Below are positions 47,255 through 56,914 of a stretch of 64,000 bases of DNA, one piece after another. The notes below the pieces were generated by a model. That model was not told the origin of the DNA. It saw only the letters and a program-made list of their open reading frames with translations, and did not search any database. This DNA comes from a virus: IMG/VR virus record IMGVR_UViG_3300046171_000193, positions 87,682 through 151,681 of that record; one strand, given 5' to 3'. A program made the position numbers and the translations under genes. Each line of letters begins with the position of its first letter. Position 1 is the stretch's first letter.

Positions 47255-48128
47255 TAACCACGTCATAGATAGAGTCAATAAAGACATTAATCCGTTTTAT
47301 GGAGATCCAAAAGAATATTATTTAGAACTAGCAAAAGATTGGGAGGATCCTTATGGAATACCAGATGTTAGAGAACATGATACTATTCGTGTTGTTCGTG
47401 ACGATCGCTTGGTTGGTTCTAAAGTTCGTGGTGGTGATTGCCTTATCAGCAGTCTCCCTGATCATATCGATACTATCGTTTATGTTCAACCCCGTACTGG
47501 TCTTGCTGGTGTTAGCATTCTTGATGTGGCAAAGCGTCACGGAAAAGAAGTCATGCTCTTCATGCCCTCAAGTAAACGAATCAGTGAGCATCAAGCCTGC
47601 TGTATTGAACGGGGAGCACGTACTAGTTTCCATAGAATAGCAGCTATGCCTAACCTTAATCTGATTGCAAAGAAATGGGCAGATGAAAGAAAGAACGCTT
47701 TCTTTGTACCGCTAGGACTTAAACATGAAATGGTAACCGCTGGCATTGTAAAGGCTGCTTCTAAGATAAGAGAACCTGAAGAAGTATATACTGCCACGTC
47801 CACGGGCGTGCTCACACGGGGGCTGCAGATTGCTTGGCCTAATGCCAAGTTTACTTCTGTTTGTGTGTCACGTAATATGAAAGCTGGTGAATTAGGTATT
47901 GCAGAAGCCGTATCAGAACCATTAGCATTTACGGCTGCAGAGAAAAAAAATAATCTTCCACCATTCCCGACTATAGATACCTACGATGGTAAGGTATGGA
48001 AATATATTCCAAAGAATACAGGACGTGATATTTTATTCTGGAACGTTGGTAAAGAACCGATATTACAGAATCAAGACTTACCAAATACAATAGATTCATA
48101 TAGAGATTGGGAAAAGAATGTGGCTTAA
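47244..48128 (+). CDS. PLP-dependent enzyme, fold type II (type associated with phage base hypermodification)
   Basis: VVRDD...GSKVR (PLP Lys), STGVLTRGL phosphate loop, YDGKVW, ILFWNVG. Confidence 0.75.
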   Translation: MPHNNHVIDRVNKDINPFYGDPKEYYLELAKDWEDPYGIPDVREHDTIRVVRDDRLVGSKVRGGDCLISSLPDHIDTIVYVQPRTGLAGVSILDVAKRHGKEVMLFMPSSKRISEHQACCIERGARTSFHRIAAMPNLNLIAKKWADERKNAFFVPLGLKHEMVTAGIVKAASKIREPEEVYTATSTGVLTRGLQIAWPNAKFTSVCVSRNMKAGELGIAEAVSEPLAFTAAEKKNNLPPFPTIDTYDGKVWKYIPKNTGRDILFWNVGKEPILQNQDLPNTIDSYRDWEKNVA

Positions 48129-49138
48129 CGAAGAAGCAATTGACGTTCTTGTAAACTACTATTATCCGAAAGCAGGCTGGTTACAAGACAATGTAAACTG
48201 GGGTCCATTAGATTATGAAGGACCGGAAGCAAATGAAATTATTAACGACCCTCTTCTGCAGAAGATTGACATCTATGATTGTAAAACAAGAAACGCTGCA
48301 AGGCTTTTCAAATGTATTACAAGATTTAAGATACGGATCTAAAACTCCTAAGTGGAGATGGCAGAAAGAAGATAGACGTAAGATCTCAGCGTCTAATGAC
48401 GATATTAGTTGGTCTATTGAAACATGGCTATATACATTTCTTTGTCATCGAATTACTGGGTCAGGAGCTTCATTTGAAAACGATCATGGTTATCGTAACA
48501 ATATAATTCAGCATTGGGGTAAGCATAGAGACATTAAAGATATGGCAGAAGATTTAGTTGAGACTAAAGCCTCTGGAAAACCAATGTTTACTTCTATAGG
48601 TAATCAACCTCCAGCTCCTAAGAAGGGAGTTAGTAATGTTGACTTTATGGTAAAATGAGTTGCCAGAAGTTATTAATAAATTTACAGATTTTCTTTTACT
48701 AAAAAGAAGAGGTCATAAAGAAATAGTTGATCATTTAAACGAACATAATAAAAAAGCAGGCCATCGTAAATTTAATTTTCAATATGCAGGCTTTTTCTAT
48801 GGATTGCTCTGACTATTTTCCTGAAAATCGCCGATGTAGATTCTCATACATATTTAGGCAATAACGCAGTAAGGTGTATGAAAAAATTATCTAAAGGTTG
48901 GAAAGATGATGACTTTATGGATCTACTAAGAGAAAAAACTGGTGGCAAACCAAAAGACCTTGAAGATGTTATGTGTGATTTTGTTAGATTCGGGCAAAAC
49001 TATGTGCCACGAGGTAATGGAACATTTGATCATATTCCTTCGACGTTAGCAAATGCATCTGGATGGGAATCTGGATGGGAACAAAGGCAAGGAACTCCGC
49101 CTATTAGAGGTGTACAACTTGACGAATTTATGGTATAA
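48118..49138 (+). CDS. amino acid:DNA transferase / aGPT-Pplase-like (HhH glycosylase-fold) protein, indel-broken
   Basis: Fragments RNAAGF, LCHRITGSGASF..DHGYRN, FTSIGNQPP, DLEDVMCDFVRF; adjacent to the PLP enzyme. Confidence 0.6.
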
Positions 49139-49139
49139 T
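49111..49139 (+). promoter_or_regulatory. early promoter TGTACA-N17-TATAAT; predicted leaderless transcript
   Basis: Only 5 nt separate the -10 box from ATG 49145. Confidence 0.65.
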
Positions 49140-49144
49140 AACAT

Positions 49145-49996
49145 ATGTTAAAAATTACAATCATTGGCCACGGCTTTGTTGGCAAAGCAATCGACTACGC
49201 ATTTCAAGATGACGTAGAAAAACAAATCATTGATCCTAAGTATGACGTTCATTTACACGATGTAAGATTATCTGCTGACGTAACGTTCGTTTGCGTTCCA
49301 ACGCCAATGCATGAACATGGACAATGTGATGTAAGCATTCTTCAAGATGTTTTAAAGAAAATTGCTCAACGAAGAAGTGGACTCATAGTTGTCAAATCTA
49401 CAGTACCACCTGATCAAATAGAAAATTTATTTCGTGGTTCTGCTAAACATAGAATGGTTTATAATCCAGAATTTTTGACAGAAAAAAATGCAAATGAAGA
49501 TATTATAAATCCGTTTGTACATATTTTTGGTGGCGATAACGAGGCTACTGAAAAGCTGGAAAGATTTTATAAAGAATATAGTATATGTAAGCCATGTCCA
49601 GTATCTCGTATGTCAGCAACAGATGCTAGCTTTGTTAAGTATGGAATCAATACTTTCTTAGCAACTAAACTTACATTTTTTAACGAATTTTATGATGCAA
49701 TAAAAAACTTTGGAGGTAATTATGGTCGTATCGCAAACGCAATTGGTACTGATCCAAGAATTGGGCACTCCCATACTCGTGTCCCTGGTTTTGACGGCAA
49801 GCGTGGTTTTGGCGGTGCTTGTTTTCCAAAAGATGTTTCCGCCTTCATAAACTTTACAACTCAAACTCCCTTACTAGAATATGTTATGGATCGTAACAAT
49901 CAATATCGATCCGAATATGAAAAGGATGATCGAGAAATAGAACAAAACATTCAGTATGATATGACTGGCCAAACAGCACACGTGAATGAACGATGA
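49145..49996 (+). CDS. ugd: UDP-glucose/GDP-mannose 6-dehydrogenase (short form lacking the C-terminal domain)
   Basis: GHGFVG, CVPTP, KSTVPP, NPEFL, GFGGACFPKD. Confidence 0.88.
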   Translation: MLKITIIGHGFVGKAIDYAFQDDVEKQIIDPKYDVHLHDVRLSADVTFVCVPTPMHEHGQCDVSILQDVLKKIAQRRSGLIVVKSTVPPDQIENLFRGSAKHRMVYNPEFLTEKNANEDIINPFVHIFGGDNEATEKLERFYKEYSICKPCPVSRMSATDASFVKYGINTFLATKLTFFNEFYDAIKNFGGNYGRIANAIGTDPRIGHSHTRVPGFDGKRGFGGACFPKDVSAFINFTTQTPLLEYVMDRNNQYRSEYEKDDREIEQNIQYDMTGQTAHVNER

Positions 49997-50943
49997 AGAT
50001 ATTCATAACAGGAATATCAGGGTTTATAGGATTCCACTTAGCCAGAGAACTTAAAGCCTACGGTCATGATGTCTGCGGTTGTGATAATTATAACCGCATG
50101 TATGATCCATCTCTAAAAATATCTCGATACAAGATTTTAGAGATGTCAAATATTCCTGTTGAGAATGTCGATATAAGTCCTCAACCTGGCGTCAAACGAT
50201 TAAGCGAAGATATGATTGAAGACTGCGACGTTATTGTACATTTAGCAGCTTGGGCCGGTGTAAGACACTCATTAGAACAACCAAATGTTTATACACAAAA
50301 TAATATAATGGGAACACAAACCATTATAGATATTGCTGAGAAGCTAAACATTCCTGTAGTGTATGCTTCCTCATCAAGTGTATATGCAGGTCAAACGCCG
50401 CCATTCATGGAAGACATGAGTTTTACGCATCATCTAAATCCTTATGCTTGGAGTAAATATGTTAATGAATGCCAGTTCAAACATAGTAACGTACCTTCGT
50501 CAATCGGCTTCAGATTTTTTACAGTGTATGGTCCTTATGGACGGCCTGACATGGCACTTCATGGATTTACGAACAACATTATAAAAGATGAACCAATAGA
50601 AGTTTATGGTCATGGTGATATGTCACGTGATTTTACATATGTACAAGACATCGTAAATGGTGTACAATTGTTAATAGATAAAGTTTCTAAAATAAATGAT
50701 CATCAAATCTATAATATTGGTAGTGGTGAATCAGTTCCGCTTATGAGTTTTGTAAGACTCATAGAAGAAAATTTAGATCGCAAAGCAAAGATTAATTATG
50801 TTGATATGCATCCAGCGGATATTCGACATACTTTAGCTGATATAACAGAAATAAAAAGATTAGGCTATCGACCGATGACTTCTATTGAAACCGGTATTCG
50901 AAGCTTTATTAGCTGGTACAAAGATTATTATCAGAAGAACTAA
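49993..50943 (+). CDS. NAD-dependent epimerase (UDP-glucuronate 4-epimerase-like)
   Basis: TGISGFIG, HLAAWAGVRHS, YAWSK, RFFTVYGPYGRPDMA, RDFTYV. Confidence 0.88.
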   Translation: MKIFITGISGFIGFHLARELKAYGHDVCGCDNYNRMYDPSLKISRYKILEMSNIPVENVDISPQPGVKRLSEDMIEDCDVIVHLAAWAGVRHSLEQPNVYTQNNIMGTQTIIDIAEKLNIPVVYASSSSVYAGQTPPFMEDMSFTHHLNPYAWSKYVNECQFKHSNVPSSIGFRFFTVYGPYGRPDMALHGFTNNIIKDEPIEVYGHGDMSRDFTYVQDIVNGVQLLIDKVSKINDHQIYNIGSGESVPLMSFVRLIEENLDRKAKINYVDMHPADIRHTLADITEIKRLGYRPMTSIETGIRSFISWYKDYYQKN

Positions 50944-51638
50944 TGAAAATATATTATGACTTTAAAACATAAAGATGTAGGAACTGAAATCGAAGATCTT
51001 ATTGTTCCTCTTAAGACACAGCCAAAATGGTATGAAGCACTACCTCCATTTTATATGGATTTAAGAATGCGGCATCTCTAATAAAAACTGGATGGAATGA
51101 TATATTTCAAGGAGATCAGGTAGGAGCTAATAGTGGATTTACAACCATTAGACATTGTCCTGGATTTACTGGATTATTTAAATATAGTTTAGTTACTAAA
51201 TTTCCAGCAGAAATTTTTTTAGAAACTAGGGAAGATGGACATTACAGAGCATCAACACCTACATTATCACAGACAATTCTTGATCATCCAGAAGAACAAT
51301 TTGGTCCAGGTTTAGGAAAAGACTGGATAGTAATTAAATTTAATTTAAATGTAGGAATAAAAGTAAGTGAAGATTGTACAGTTACTTCAATTGATCCTGT
51401 CATATGGAATAAGCAACCATATAGGTCGTGTCCTGGTATAATTGAATTAAAAAAGAACAAATTATTTTCGTTAAATCAAATAGTGCTATTTCCTAAAATA
51501 GATGCAAAGTATGTTTTTAAAGCAGATCAAATAATGATGGCGTATAGTTTTAGTAAGGCACCAACTAAATTAATAAAGGCTGATTTTACACATGATTATA
51601 ATAGATTATATAATCACAGCCGCTGGACTATTAACTAA
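50943..51638 (+). CDS. hypothetical protein missed by the ORF track (indel-broken, about 230 aa)
   Basis: TAATG start; fragments PKWYEALP, TIRHCPG, HPEEQF, CPGIIEL read across frames. Confidence 0.5.
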
Positions 51639-51658
51639 TAATTGGAAAAGGATGTAAC

Positions 51659-52705
51659 ATGTCAATAATGGATAAACTCAAAAAGAACTCTAAGTTAAAA
51701 AATACGGAGGTTCTTTCTGAGTCAAAATTCTTTAACGAAAAGGATATGACTCCAACAGATGTGCCAATGGTAAATGTGGCACTATCTGGATCTGTCGATG
51801 GCGGTTTAGCTTCGGGCCTTACTGTTCTTGCAGGTCCATCAAAACATTTTAAAACGTCATTCGCTCTACTAATGGCTGCAGCATATCTTAATAAACATAA
51901 AGATGCTGTTATGCTATTTTATGATTCTGAGTTTGGTTCACCTCAAGCTTATTTTGAACAATTTGGTGTTGATACATCTAGAGTCCTTCACACTCCTATT
52001 ACAAATGTAGAAGAACTCAAATTCGATATGATGGGCCAACTAGAAGGTCTTGAGCGCAAAGATAAAGTTATCGTTGTTATCGATTCAATTGGTAACTTAG
52101 CATCTAAAAAAGAAATGGAAGATGCTTTAAACGAAAAGTCAGTAGCTGATATGTCAAGAGCAAAAGCTCTTAAAGGATTATTCCGAATGGCAACACCATA
52201 TCTTGCTATGAAAAATATTCCAATGCTTGCTGTAAATCATACGTATATGGAGATTGGATTATTTCCAAAAGCTATTGTCGGTGGTGGCACAGGCATTTAC
52301 TACTCAGCAGATAATATATGGATTATTGGTCGTCAACAAGATAAAAAAGGCACTGAGGTTCAAGGTTATCATTTCGTTATTAATGTGGAGAAATCAAGAT
52401 ATGTTAAAGAAAAGTCTAAAATACCTATTACCGTTAGTTGGGATGGTGGTGTTCGTAATTATAGTGGGCTCCTTGATGTCGCTCTCGCAGGCTCTTACAT
52501 CATTAAACCATCGAACGGCTGGTATGCACGAGTCGATCAAACAACTGGAGAGTATGGTCCAAAAGTTAGATACGACCAAACCTTAGAAAAAGAATTCTGG
52601 GATCCTATCTTTGCTGAAACTGATTTCAAAGAATTTATTAAAAAGCAATATACGATAGGTCATAAAGAACAGGTATCGATGGATGAAATCGTAGAAGAAG
52701 CATGA
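51659..52705 (+). CDS. uvsX: RecA-like recombinase UvsX
   Basis: AGPSKHFKT, YDSEFG, DSIGNLAS, GGGTGIYYSAD. Confidence 0.95.
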   Translation: MSIMDKLKKNSKLKNTEVLSESKFFNEKDMTPTDVPMVNVALSGSVDGGLASGLTVLAGPSKHFKTSFALLMAAAYLNKHKDAVMLFYDSEFGSPQAYFEQFGVDTSRVLHTPITNVEELKFDMMGQLEGLERKDKVIVVIDSIGNLASKKEMEDALNEKSVADMSRAKALKGLFRMATPYLAMKNIPMLAVNHTYMEIGLFPKAIVGGGTGIYYSADNIWIIGRQQDKKGTEVQGYHFVINVEKSRYVKEKSKIPITVSWDGGVRNYSGLLDVALAGSYIIKPSNGWYARVDQTTGEYGPKVRYDQTLEKEFWDPIFAETDFKEFIKKQYTIGHKEQVSMDEIVEEA

Positions 52706-53010
52706 TCAATATAGATAAACTTTCTGAAGGGGTTGACTATGAGTTAATCCCTTCTCCTGAAAATGAACAGGCATGGAACATAAGATTTAAGACAGGCCCT
52801 TATGTTGAGACTGTTGTACAGTTTGGTGCTATTTCTATTAATGGACCTGATGAAGCAATTAATTTTAATTTTACTATCATCGAAAGTCCTGATGATAATT
52901 TAACTCCTGACAACCCAATGTTTCAACAAGTTTGTGGATTAGTCTTACATGACGTCATTGAAATGGCTATAAGTAAAGACGAATTAATCATGAGCGAGAG
53001 GAAAGAATGA
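52702..53010 (+). CDS. hypothetical protein (gp40 position)
   Basis: Between uvsX and gp41. Confidence 0.5.
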   Translation: MINIDKLSEGVDYELIPSPENEQAWNIRFKTGPYVETVVQFGAISINGPDEAINFNFTIIESPDDNLTPDNPMFQQVCGLVLHDVIEMAISKDELIMSERKE

Positions 53011-53429
53011 GAATATTAATTATGGGTTTACCTGGTTCTGGCAAGACACATCTTGCAGTCAGGTTACAAGGACTTTTAAAAGACTGTGCATGGTATAATG
53101 CTGATGCTATTCGTAAGATGGCTGACGATTGGGACTTTACCGAATCAGGTAGACACAGACAAGCAGAACGAATGAACACACTAGCTAACTTTGAAGGTGC
53201 TCGAGGCCGTACAGTCATATGTGACTTTGTGTGTCCAACAATTGAAACTAGAAAACTATTTGATCATGACATTATGATTTGGATGAATACTATAGAGCAA
53301 GGCAGATTTGCAGATACAAACAAAATGTTCCAGAATCCTGATAATCCTACATACACTGTCAAGGGATTTCAGTCAGACGAAGAAATACAAAAATTTGCAA
53401 CACAATTAGGGAGCGCATATGGCATTTGA
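53007..53429 (+). CDS. P-loop kinase (adenylylsulfate kinase-like)
   Basis: GLPGSGKT, NADAIR, DFVCP. Confidence 0.8.
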   Translation: MRILIMGLPGSGKTHLAVRLQGLLKDCAWYNADAIRKMADDWDFTESGRHRQAERMNTLANFEGARGRTVICDFVCPTIETRKLFDHDIMIWMNTIEQGRFADTNKMFQNPDNPTYTVKGFQSDEEIQKFATQLGSAYGI

Positions 53430-53832
53430 TTGGAAGAAACCAACAGCACAGATGTTGGGACGATGGCAACCATGGCACAAAGGCCATACTAATTTATTTA
53501 AAAAAGCATTAGAGCAAACCGGTCAAGTAGCTATTATGGTTCGAGATGTTGGTGGAATCATCGGTCAGGATGCTGGCGGTGGTAGAACAGTAAAACAAGA
53601 TGATAACCCATTTGATTTTAATTTTGTTTCTGCACAAATTATTCTTAATTTGCAAAATGAAGGATTTACAATAAACGAAGAATATGTTATAATGGAAGTA
53701 CCAAACATTGTTGACATTAGTTATGGTCGTGGTGTTGGGTATACATTTACAGAGCACGATCTTGGAGAAGAGATTCATAAGATTAGTGCTACCAATATCC
53801 GTAAAAACATGCGAGAAAGTGGAATGCTTTGA
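53419..53832 (+). CDS. HxGH nucleotidyltransferase (cytidyltransferase-like)
   Basis: GRWQPWHKGH, DNPF, YGRGVGY, ISATNIR. Confidence 0.8.
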   Translation: MAFDWKKPTAQMLGRWQPWHKGHTNLFKKALEQTGQVAIMVRDVGGIIGQDAGGGRTVKQDDNPFDFNFVSAQIILNLQNEGFTINEEYVIMEVPNIVDISYGRGVGYTFTEHDLGEEIHKISATNIRKNMRESGML

Positions 53833-55197
53833 ACACAAACATTGAACAGACTATATTGCGAAACCTTCTGGTGGATGATAAATTCATGCGGAAGGTTTTG
53901 CCTTTTATAAAGAATGAATATTTTGAAGGTGTCTATCGCCAACTGTTTAAACAAGTCGGACTATATGTTCAGAAATATAATAAACTACCAACACAAGAAT
54001 CTTTTAAAATTGAATTAGATGATGCTGATAATTTTAACGATGAGCAATATCGCCATGCAGTAGAAATCCTACCTGAGATATTTAAGACAGAAGAAATTGA
54101 TAATGAATGGCTGATTGACAAGACCTGAGAAGTGGTGTCAAGATAGAGCATTACATAATGCTGTAATGGAATCTATCAGTATTATAGATGGTAAACATCA
54201 AAGTCTTTCAAAGAATGCGTTACCAGAGATCCTCTCTGATGCTCTGGCAGTCAACTTTGACGCAAATATCGGTCATGACTATCTTGGTAACTTTAATGCT
54301 CGATATGAGTTTTATCATAAAGAGGAAGAACGTGTAGCATTTGATTTAGAATATTTTAATAAAATTACAAAAGGCGGTTTGCCAAATAAGACTTTAAACA
54401 TTTGCCTTGCCGGTACGGGTGTCGGTAAATCGTTGTTTATGTGTCACCAAGCTTCGGCTGCTCTTACAGATCAAAAGAATGTTCTTTACATTACAATGGA
54501 AATGGCAGAAGAACGTATCGCAGAGCGTATTGATGCCAACCTTCTTAATATTCCAATCGATCAACTAGATAAACTTTCAAGAGATATGTTCTCGCAGAAA
54601 GTATCTCAGCTTGCTAAACAAACAAACGGTCGATTAATTGTAAAAGAATATCCTACTGGCTCTGCACACTCTGGTCACTTCCGTGCATTACTTAACGAAC
54701 TAAAACTAAAAAAGAAATTTGTGCCAGATATTATCTTCATTGATTATCTTAATATCTGTGCATCTTCACGTATGAAAGCAATGGGAGGATCAATCAATTC
54801 CTATACGTACATTAAAGCAATTGCTGAAGAGCTACGTGGTCTTGCGGTCGAGTTTGACGTACCGGTCGTCTCTGCAACGCAAACGACTCGTAGTGGTTAT
54901 TCTAACTCAGATATTGGGCTTGAAGATACGTCCGAGTCTTTTGGATTACCCGCAACCGCCGACTTAATGTTTGCACTTATCTCTTCTGAAGAGCTTGAGA
55001 AAGAAGGCAAGATTATGGTCAAGCAATTAAAGAATAGATATAACGATCCAACTTATAAAAAGAAATTTGTAGTAGGCGTCGATAGATCTAAGATGAGATT
55101 GTACGACGTTGATGAAACTAGTCAGACTCTTAGTGATGATACTCCGGTCTTTGATCGGGCAGAAATGAACAAGCGATTTGAGGACTTTAAACTTTGA
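53829..55197 (+). CDS. gp41: replicative helicase gp41 (indel at about 54125)
   Basis: AGTGVGKS, TMEMAEE, KEYPT, IDYLN, SATQTTRSG, KNRY. Confidence 0.95.
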
Positions 55198-55847
55198 AGG
55201 TAAGATTAATTGGTTACACTCAACCACCAGAAGATATCGTCGGTCTCGACGATCTACAAGACATCGTCGCGTATTGTGCCCGTGTCTCCAACCCATCCAA
55301 CCAAATCAACTCAGAGACATCGGGAAAACTCCTCGACTACCTCATCAAGCACAAACACTGGTCACCGTTCGAAATGTGCTCGGCCACGCTCGAAGTCGAA
55401 ACGACAAGAGATATTGCGAGACAGTTCCTCAGGCACAGGTCGTTTTCCTTTCAAGAGTTTAGCCAGCGTTATGCTGATATTCGTTCTTTTAATAATTCTT
55501 TTGTGATACGTGAGGCAAGACTTCAAGACGAAAAGAATCGGCAAAATAGCGTAGCTAATACAGATAAGAAGCTTTCTATGGAATGGGACGCTAAACAAAA
55601 TAAAGTAATAAAAGAAGCTAAAGCTGCTTATAATTGGGCAATAGAAAATGGAATCGCAAAAGAACAAGCAAGAGCAGTGTTGCCAGAAGGTAACACCGTT
55701 AGTAAGCTCTATGTTAATGGCACCATTCGTAGCTGGATACATTATATCGAGCTCCGTTCTGCAAATGGGACACAACTTGAACATATGGAATTGGCAAGAG
55801 AAGTCGGACAAACAATAGCAAAGATTTTTCCATATTTTGCAGAGTGA
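55194..55847 (+). CDS. thyX: flavin-dependent thymidylate synthase
   Basis: HWSPFE, RQFLRHRSFSFQEFSQRY, EQARAVLP. Confidence 0.95.
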   Translation: MKVRLIGYTQPPEDIVGLDDLQDIVAYCARVSNPSNQINSETSGKLLDYLIKHKHWSPFEMCSATLEVETTRDIARQFLRHRSFSFQEFSQRYADIRSFNNSFVIREARLQDEKNRQNSVANTDKKLSMEWDAKQNKVIKEAKAAYNWAIENGIAKEQARAVLPEGNTVSKLYVNGTIRSWIHYIELRSANGTQLEHMELAREVGQTIAKIFPYFAE

Positions 55848-55885
55848 CAATTATGTTACACATAACCGCTGAGACAAAATAACTG

Positions 55886-55914
55886 TGTACATTTGCTTTT
55901 TTATGTGGTAATAT
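55886..55914 (+). promoter_or_regulatory. early promoter TGTACA-N17-TAATAT
   Basis: Variant of the recurring motif with TGTGG before the -10 box. Confidence 0.55.
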
Positions 55915-55942
55915 AGTATCATATAAAAAATGAGGCAGTACA

Positions 55943-56431
55943 ATGAAAAAGTTAATATCAGCAGTATTAATCAATACCGTTATAGCAACATCAGTTGCAT
56001 ACGCAGGTATTGACGTTGTTAAGAAGAAGCAACAATCAGAGAACTTAGAATGTTTGGCTTTAAATATTTACTTTGAGACTTCAGCTCGCAGTTTAGCAGA
56101 TTCTATGGCTGTAACAGATGTTGTCTTAAATAGAGTTGAGAGTACACGCTATCCAGATAATATTTGTGACGTTGTGCATCAAGGATATAAAAAAGGCAGT
56201 CGCTATTGCCAGTTCAGCTGGTATTGTGACGGCAAATCAGACACACCTCATAATGATGAGGTATGGGAAAAGTCACGTAAGTTTGCACGTGACATGTTAG
56301 TCAACGGCCAGTTTAGGGGTATAACTGAAGGAGCAACACATTATCATGCTACTTACAGTAAACCATTCTGGTCATCTAAACTTAATCGTATTGCTCGTAT
56401 CGGAGCACACATATTTTATTGGGAGAAGTAA
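55943..56431 (+). CDS. cell wall hydrolase (SleB/Hydrolase_2) with signal peptide
   Basis: CLALNIYFE, VVLNRV, CQFSWYCDGK, GATHYHA, IGAHIFY. Confidence 0.9.
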   Translation: MKKLISAVLINTVIATSVAYAGIDVVKKKQQSENLECLALNIYFETSARSLADSMAVTDVVLNRVESTRYPDNICDVVHQGYKKGSRYCQFSWYCDGKSDTPHNDEVWEKSRKFARDMLVNGQFRGITEGATHYHATYSKPFWSSKLNRIARIGAHIFYWEK

Positions 56432-56808
56432 TGATAAATTCAACTATGGCATCAGATAGCATAACAACAATATCTCTAGATGATCCAAGAGACACAATTG
56501 TTACCTTAACAGGTGATACTACATTTGATTATGTTGATTATAAGTTCGGTGAGAATAAATACTTACAAGAGCTAAAGGAGTATATTGACTCAACTTATCA
56601 AGGACACTATGCTACAAATAAATTTCAGTCAACAGAAGTTATTATTGCTAGAGGTCATGGTACAGGTTTCTGTATGGGCAACGTTGATAAGTACGCTAAT
56701 CGATACGGTAAAAAAGGTACTAAGGAGGATGCTCGTAAGGATCTCCTAAAAGTTATCCATTACGCATTATTACAATTGTATGTACACGATAGTGAAGAGG
56801 AAAAATAG
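56430..56808 (+). CDS. DUF3310-like protein
   Basis: YIDSTYQGHY, GFCMGNVDKYANRYGKK, DLLKVIHY. Confidence 0.7.
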
Positions 56809-56914
56809 ATACGTAGCATATGACGATAGAGGTTATGTGATAATTATATCACATAATCCACGTATAGTTAAGCATCAAGCCAAATTGGAGATGCAAAGAA
56901 GGGTAAATAACCCC

